A DNA stretch of 17,059 nt from Candidatus Gottesmanbacteria bacterium (GTDB lineage: Bacteria; Patescibacteriota; Microgenomatia; UBA10105; UBA927), in assembly GCA_016182725.1 (NCBI GenBank), contig JACPFZ010000006.1:1-17059 (forward strand), given 5' to 3'. A model generated the notes under the pieces. It was not told the DNA's origin, searched no databases, and saw nothing but the letters and a program-made list of their open reading frames with translations. The stretch's first letter is position 1, and every line of letters begins with the position of its first letter. Both the position numbers and the translations under genes were made by a program. Below are positions 8,708-13,183 of this stretch, piece after piece.

Positions 8708-9675
8708 GCGGCATTTGCATCCTTTGTTTGGCAAGTTTTGGTCTTTTTTTACTCCTTACGGTCGACCAAACACTGTTTCTTCAACAGCTCCTCTTTTTGG
8801 TTATTGCTTTATTGTTTCTTGTTGGAATATCGCTTATTGATTGGACACTGCTTTGGTGGATGGCGCCTGCGGGCTACGTGGGTTCGATACTCTTTCTTTT
8901 TCTTTCCTATTTTGGCCCCTCTATTCTCGCACGTTTTCTTACGCAATATTCACCGCGGAATGTGCGTTTTGTGCCTTTACATATGATACTTTTCCTCATC
9001 CCATTTTTTTTGGTATTGAAACAACCGGACTTAGGAAGTAGTCTCGTTTATGGGGGACTGTGGATTTCTATGCTGGTTGCTTCCGGGTTTCCATTCGGAT
9101 TCCTTGTGGTGTTCGTTGCGTTGGGTGCCTTGTTGCTCCCATTTGGTTGGCATGCACTCGCGGTGTATCAAAAGAGCCGCATTCTCACCTTTCTCAATCC
9201 CGCACTTGATCCAAGAGGAGCGGGTTACAATGCCCTTCAGGCGATGATTGCTGTGGGGAGCGGGCAACTTTTTGGCCGGGGACTGGGTCGAGGAACGCAG
9301 AGCCACCTGCGATTTTTGCCGGAATTCCACACGGACTTTATGTTTGCAACCCTCATTGAGGAGCTTGGGTTTGTCGGCGGTGCATTGCTTTTGGCCGGAT
9401 ACGGGTTTCTTTTGTGGCGCATTCTTTCGCCACTCGTTCGGGGGAGTATCACTGATGCATTTCCATTTATCTATTCCATTGGTCTCTTCGCGACGATTCT
9501 GACGCAAATTTTTATCAATACGGGTATGAATATGGGGCTTATTCCCATAACCGGTATTACGTTGCCGTTCGTTTCCTACGGAGGAAGCTCTCTTCTGTCT
9601 CTTGCTATCTCTTTTGGGTTTCTGTGGGCGCTGCAGCAGCAAAAACGCCAGAGAACAGACATTGCTATCCGATAG
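8674..9675 (+). CDS. rodA: Second SEDS-family protein (RodA-like), missing the RW...QP(S/A)E segment
   Basis: 333-aa polytopic membrane ORF that overlaps the ileS 3' end by 34 nt. SEDS motifs KQPDLGSS, NPALDPRGAGYN, PEFHTDFMFATLIEELGF and LPFVSYGGSSLL are present. Confidence 0.8.
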   Translation: MGRIFKRIDWVSGICILCLASFGLFLLLTVDQTLFLQQLLFLVIALLFLVGISLIDWTLLWWMAPAGYVGSILFLFLSYFGPSILARFLTQYSPRNVRFVPLHMILFLIPFFLVLKQPDLGSSLVYGGLWISMLVASGFPFGFLVVFVALGALLLPFGWHALAVYQKSRILTFLNPALDPRGAGYNALQAMIAVGSGQLFGRGLGRGTQSHLRFLPEFHTDFMFATLIEELGFVGGALLLAGYGFLLWRILSPLVRGSITDAFPFIYSIGLFATILTQIFINTGMNMGLIPITGITLPFVSYGGSSLLSLAISFGFLWALQQQKRQRTDIAIR

Positions 9676-9690
9676 AACAATTGATATACT
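9662..9690 (+). promoter_or_regulatory. Putative promoter for rplU (TTGCTA-17 nt-TGaTATACT)
   Basis: TTGCTA lies at 9662-9667, then a 17-nt spacer whose last three bases are TGa (9682-9684), then TATACT at 9685-9690. The rplU ATG (9697) starts 6 nt after the -10 element. Confidence 0.4.
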
Positions 9691-9696
9691 ACGGGC

Positions 9697-10005
9697 ATGT
9701 TTGCTGTTGTTATCATTGCAGGAAAACAATATAAAGTAACCCCAGGAGATCGAGTGGTGGTTGATCGCCTCAAGAGAAACGTAGGCGATACCGTGGTATT
9801 GCAAGACGTGCTTTTGGCGGGCAACGGCAAGACCCTGGTGGGAGCTCCAACGCTGCCAAATATTTCAGTGAAAGCCAAGATTCTCTCCCATGAAAAAGGA
9901 GAAAAGGTTGAAGTCCGACGGTTTAAGTCGAAAGTCCGCTATCGCAGGCACATCGGATTCCGTCCGTTGCGTACCAAACTTGAGATTCTTTCTGTTGGCG
10001 CCTAA
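9697..10005 (+). CDS. rplU: 50S ribosomal protein L21
   Basis: 102 aa. MFAVVIIAGKQYKVTPGD...HEKGEKVEVRRFKSKVRYRRHIGFRP matches the bL21 pattern. Confidence 0.9.
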   Translation: MFAVVIIAGKQYKVTPGDRVVVDRLKRNVGDTVVLQDVLLAGNGKTLVGAPTLPNISVKAKILSHEKGEKVEVRRFKSKVRYRRHIGFRPLRTKLEILSVGA

Positions 10006-10011
10006 AAGGTC

Positions 10012-11205
10012 ATGAACTCCTGGATCATCGTGTTGGGGGCAGCGCGCAGTCTTGCTCGCGCGGAACTTCATGCGCTTCTTCCTTCTTCTCTTTTCGTTCC
10101 TCTTTCCGGGTCTTGTATGTTTTTGGAAGAATCTCGTGATGTTTCTGCAGAAACACTGCAAGAGGTTGCCGGCGGAGTGGTGAAAATCGCGGAAGTTGTT
10201 GGCGAGGTAGCCATCGTCACACCGGGGGAACTTGCCGAAATTCTTCTCAGTAGTAGCATTGATCAGCAAAAAATTACTTTTGGCGTCAGTCGCTATGACG
10301 GAGACGTTGTTTCTTTGCCGTGGCTGCGAGAAATAAAGGCCCAGCTCTCGCGCGCAGGGAAAAAGGCACGTTTTATCTCTTCCCCAGACGGGATACTTTC
10401 GAGCGTGGTTGTCCAAAAGGAACACATGCAGGAGCTAGTCGTGGCAAAGAGAGGGGATCACGTTTTGATCGGCCTTACGGCTACGGTGCAGGACTTTGAA
10501 GCGTGGAACAAGCGTGATTACGGCCGGCCGTATGCAGATCCGAAGTCTGGTATGTTGCCGCCAAAGGTGGCAAGAATGGCGGTCAATATTGCCCTTAAAA
10601 ATTCGGAAATTTTTCAGGGTAAACCAGTTCAGGTGTTTACGATTCTTGATCCATTTTGCGGCATGGGGACCATCCTAGCTGAAGCATTGTTGCGGGGGTG
10701 TCACGTGATCGGCAGTGATCAGTCAGAGGAAGTTATCGCAAAAGCCCGCAAAAATCTTGAGTGGCTTACGCATGATTCCCGGAATCGAGGTACTTTGATT
10801 CCGGGAATCGAATTACCGAGCGTACAACTTTTAGTAAGCGATGCAACCCATGTATCACATAAGCTTAGACCGAATAGTATCGATGCAATTGTCACCGAAC
10901 CCCATATGGGTACGCCGGCACTGGGCGAGCGACGGGTTACTGATCCGGAAAAAATTCGCAATGTTGTTAAAGGCCTGGAAAAATTGTACATTGGAGCACT
11001 TCGGGATTGGGTAGATGTTCTTAAGCCTAGAGGAAACGTTGTTATTGCGTTGCCCCAGTTCAGCCTCGAGGGGAAAACATATTTTGTGAAAAAGGTAGTT
11101 GACAGTTGTGAAAAGCTTGGCTATACTATGGGAGCTGGTCCTATAGAATATAGCAGACCACAGGCAGTCGTGCGAAGACAATTTTTCGTATTCACGAAAA
11201 ATTGA
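10012..11205 (+). CDS. Class I SAM-dependent RNA methyltransferase, Trm11/RlmL-like (UPF0020 type), with atypical motif IV
   Basis: 397 aa. GRPYADPKSGMLPPKVARMAVNIA is the substrate-arm pattern of Trm11/RlmL-type N2-guanine methyltransferases. SAM motif I is ILDPFCGMGTILAEA. Motif IV reads DAIVTEPHMG instead of (D/N)PPY. Confidence 0.65.
   Translation: MNSWIIVLGAARSLARAELHALLPSSLFVPLSGSCMFLEESRDVSAETLQEVAGGVVKIAEVVGEVAIVTPGELAEILLSSSIDQQKITFGVSRYDGDVVSLPWLREIKAQLSRAGKKARFISSPDGILSSVVVQKEHMQELVVAKRGDHVLIGLTATVQDFEAWNKRDYGRPYADPKSGMLPPKVARMAVNIALKNSEIFQGKPVQVFTILDPFCGMGTILAEALLRGCHVIGSDQSEEVIAKARKNLEWLTHDSRNRGTLIPGIELPSVQLLVSDATHVSHKLRPNSIDAIVTEPHMGTPALGERRVTDPEKIRNVVKGLEKLYIGALRDWVDVLKPRGNVVIALPQFSLEGKTYFVKKVVDSCEKLGYTMGAGPIEYSRPQAVVRRQFFVFTKN
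11179..11204. repeat. Perfect 11-bp inverted repeat with a 4-nt loop across the methyltransferase stop codon
   Basis: CAATTTTTCGT (11179-11189), loop attc, then ACGAAAAATTG (11194-11204). The stop TGA is at 11203-11205. Confidence 0.6.
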
Positions 11206-11210
11206 ATTTA

Positions 11211-11281
11211 ACAAATACTACAAATAAACAAATCCGACAAATGAAAACATTTGTAGTATTTATAGTATTGGTAGTATTTGT
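11211..11281. repeat. 71-bp imperfect AT-rich palindrome with ~9-nt periodic motifs, directly upstream of rpmA
   Basis: The outer arms are ACAAATACTAC (11211-11221) and GTAGTATTTGT (11271-11281). The inner arms are ACAAATG (11237-11243), AAAA, CATTTGT (11248-11254). ACAAAT starts at 11211, 11220, 11228 and 11237. TAGTATT starts at 11254, 11263 and 11272. A T-rich run follows (ATATTTTT, 11282-11289). Confidence 0.6.
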
Positions 11282-11294
11282 ATATTTTTGAGAT

Positions 11295-11540
11295 ATGGCA
11301 CATGTCAAAGCAGGGGGGGTCGCAAAAGGGAATAAAGACTCTGTTTCCAAGCGCTTAGGAGTCAAAATTTTTGGCGGTCAGGTAGCAATCCCCGGCAATA
11401 TCATCGTTCGGCAAAAAGGAACCAAGGTATATCCTGGCCAGGGTGTCAGTATGGGTCGGGATTCTACGCTTTTTGCAATAGCGAAAGGAAAAGTAACGTT
11501 TTTGACAAAGCGAGGAAAGCAGTTCGTTTCTGTCCAATAA
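11295..11540 (+). CDS. rpmA: 50S ribosomal protein L27
   Basis: 81 aa. [24 protein letters not shown]...[16 protein letters not shown] matches bL27. It starts at the mature AHKK-type N-terminus, with no Prp-cleaved extension. Confidence 0.9.
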   Translation: MAHVKAGGVAKGNKDSVSKRLGVKIFGGQVAIPGNIIVRQKGTKVYPGQGVSMGRDSTLFAIAKGKVTFLTKRGKQFVSVQ

Positions 11541-11553
11541 TTTCGCGAAAAAA

Positions 11554-12363
11554 ATGGCGGATACACAACAGATTCTTCACTTGGATATTGAACTCATTCA
11601 ACCAAATCCGTTGCAACCCCGAGGGCTCATTCCTCCCGATTCTCTTCGTGATCTTGTCGAGTCACTCCGCGAGCACGGCATTATTGAACCGTTGGTTGTA
11701 GCGAAAACCCCGGCAGGGTATCAGATTATTGCGGGTGAGAGGCGCTGGCGTGCGGCGAAACTTGCGGGTTTAACTACCGTACCGGTGGTCATTAGAGAAA
11801 CGACGTCTCGGGGAATGCTCGAGATGGCGATTGTCGAGAATGTCCAACGCGAAGATTTAAACCCCATCGAACGAGCTCAGGCATTCCAACGGCTGATTGA
11901 AGAGTTTGGGTTGCCACTCACGGAAATATCCAAAAGGATTTCCAAGAGCGAGTCGTACGTTTCCAATACGATACGTCTTTTGGCGCTTCCTGATGCAATT
12001 AAAGACGGACTTATCTCCCAGGCAATCTCTGAAGGTCACGCCCGTGCTATTGCAGGACTTGGCGATGTAAAGCTCATGGTAGATGCATATAAGACGATTC
12101 TTTCGGAAAGCGCATCCGTTCGCCGGGCAGAAGACTTGGCGCGCCGACTCAAGGCCCAGTACGACAAAAAGCCAACGATGCGCGTCGAGCGAATTCACAG
12201 CGACGAGTTGGATGCCATGGCAAAAGACTTGGCCCAGTCGGTCAATGGATTAGTAAAGATTACGCAATCAAAAGTAGAAGCGCGCATTGTATTTGTCATC
12301 CGCGGTAACCTGGAAACGACGAGCGATACTTTAAAAAAGATTCACCAGAAGTTAAAGCAGTGA
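11554..12363 (+). CDS. parB: ParB/Spo0J-family partition protein
   Basis: 269 aa. It has the ParB N-terminal box LIQPNPLQPR, the arginine patch IIAGERRWRAAKLAG, and the HTH LTEISKRISKSESYVSNTIRLL. Confidence 0.85.
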   Translation: MADTQQILHLDIELIQPNPLQPRGLIPPDSLRDLVESLREHGIIEPLVVAKTPAGYQIIAGERRWRAAKLAGLTTVPVVIRETTSRGMLEMAIVENVQREDLNPIERAQAFQRLIEEFGLPLTEISKRISKSESYVSNTIRLLALPDAIKDGLISQAISEGHARAIAGLGDVKLMVDAYKTILSESASVRRAEDLARRLKAQYDKKPTMRVERIHSDELDAMAKDLAQSVNGLVKITQSKVEARIVFVIRGNLETTSDTLKKIHQKLKQ

Positions 12364-12372
12364 TCTTTTCTG

Positions 12373-12936
12373 TTAGAAAAAATACGTGGGTCGGGAAATG
12401 AGGCCAACTCGAGAAAATGGCCAGTACCGAAGCAGTGCCTTCCCGATAAAATCTTCTTTTGCAATAGGGCCAAACTCACGCGCATCGGAGCTATGCGGCC
12501 GATTGTCTCCCACGACGAAGTATTTGCCGGGCGGGACGACCACCTCACTGTTTTCTCGTAAATAGGATCCTCCAAAAGTATAGACGCCCGGCGTGAGGTA
12601 TGGTTCATCAAGTTTTTGACCATTGATAAAAAACGTGCTACTCGATAGGCGCACGGTTTCGCCGGGCAACGCAATGACGCGTTTGATAAAGTCCACTTCT
12701 TTGTTTCTGGGTGATTTGAAAACAACCACGTCACCGCGCTTTGGATCGAGAAATTTGTATTCAATTTTGTTGGTGAGGATAAATTCGCCATTATGAAAGT
12801 TCGCCTCCATGGACGCGCCGCTAATTTCCTGCGGCGACATGATGAAAAGGTAGATCATGACCATGATGGCAAGGACCACCACAATGGACTGGAGAAAATC
12901 AAAAACAGCGGCTACTGCGCGCTTTATTAAGTTCAT
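12373..12936 (-). CDS. lepB: Signal peptidase I
   Basis: It has an N-terminal TM segment, the catalytic Ser box ISGASMEANF, the Lys box DFIKRVIALPGETV, and GDNRPHSSDAREFG. I prefer ATG 12936 (MNLIKRAV...), which has AGGAA 7 nt upstream, to the track's TTG at 12984. Confidence 0.85.
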   Translation of the reverse strand: MNLIKRAVAAVFDFLQSIVVVLAIMVMIYLFIMSPQEISGASMEANFHNGEFILTNKIEYKFLDPKRGDVVVFKSPRNKEVDFIKRVIALPGETVRLSSSTFFINGQKLDEPYLTPGVYTFGGSYLRENSEVVVPPGKYFVVGDNRPHSSDAREFGPIAKEDFIGKALLRYWPFSRVGLISRPTYFF

Positions 12937-12963
12937 ACGAATTTCCTGTATCTTCAGTGTAGG

Positions 12964-12972
12964 TGATATAAT
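12964..12972 (+). promoter_or_regulatory. Extended -10 element (TGaTATAAT) upstream of the tRNA locus
   Basis: TG lies at 12964-12965 and TATAAT at 12967-12972, about 28 nt upstream of the first tRNA nucleotide (13001). The same AT-rich block read on the minus strand gives TATTAT upstream of lepB, so the two promoters may be divergent and back to back. Confidence 0.4.
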
Positions 12973-13000
12973 AAGAGTCGTCAATCCCGTTGTTTCCTTT

Positions 13001-13182
13001 GGGCGGTTAGCTCAGCGGTAGAGCACTTCGTTGACACCAGCCCGCCGAAATGAGCCCATAGCTCAGTGGTAGAGCGTTTCGTTGACATCGAAAAGGTCGA
13101 TGGTTCAAATCCATCTGGGCTCACAGAGAGGCGAATGCTGGCGCGGTCGAAGGGGTCGTTGGTTCAAATCCAACGTCGTCCA
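13001..13182 (+). tRNA. Interrupted tRNA-Val(GAC)-like gene: 5' half 13001-13036, 3' half 13147-13182, 110-nt intervening sequence after position 37. It may instead be two tRNA remnants.
   Basis: 5' half: GGGCGGT TA GCTC AGCGGTA GAGC A CTTCG TTGACA. 3' half: T CGAAG GGGTC GTTGG TTCAAAT CCAAC GTCGTCC A. Joined, they form a 72-nt cloverleaf. The anticodon stem pairs 5/5 Watson-Crick, the T stem 5/5 and the D stem 4/4. The acceptor pairs 7/7 (4 Watson-Crick plus 3 G.U). Confidence 0.4.
13052..13123 (+). tRNA. tRNA-Val (anticodon GAC)
   Basis: The manual cloverleaf is GAGCCCA TA GCTC AGTGGTA GAGC G TTTCG TTGACAT CGAAA AGGTC GATGG TTCAAAT CCATC TGGGCTC A. All stems are fully Watson-Crick and the discriminator is A. 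No CCA is encoded. Confidence 0.85.
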
Positions 13183-13183
13183 C

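Noticed and set aside
9031-9804. A 257-aa minus-strand ORF, along with other long antisense ORFs in the track: 9865-10425, 5747-6397, 3834-4388, 5056-5496 and 10855-11214.
   Set aside because: Each lies antisense to, or out of frame within, a gene with strong family-specific motifs on the plus strand (rodA-like, methyltransferase, ileS, ftsA, ftsZ). Their translations are low-complexity or Arg/Ser/Pro-rich, with no recognisable motifs. These are typical shadow ORFs.
13026-13152. An archaeal-type bulge-helix-bulge splicing motif at the boundaries of the 110-nt tRNA insert.
   Set aside because: I tried to pair anticodon-proximal nucleotides (GACA) with the 3' end of the insert and found no 3-nt bulge/4-bp helix/3-nt bulge arrangement. 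The best structure is a roughly 6x6 internal loop followed by 5-bp and 4-bp helices. I therefore do not claim EndA-type splicing.
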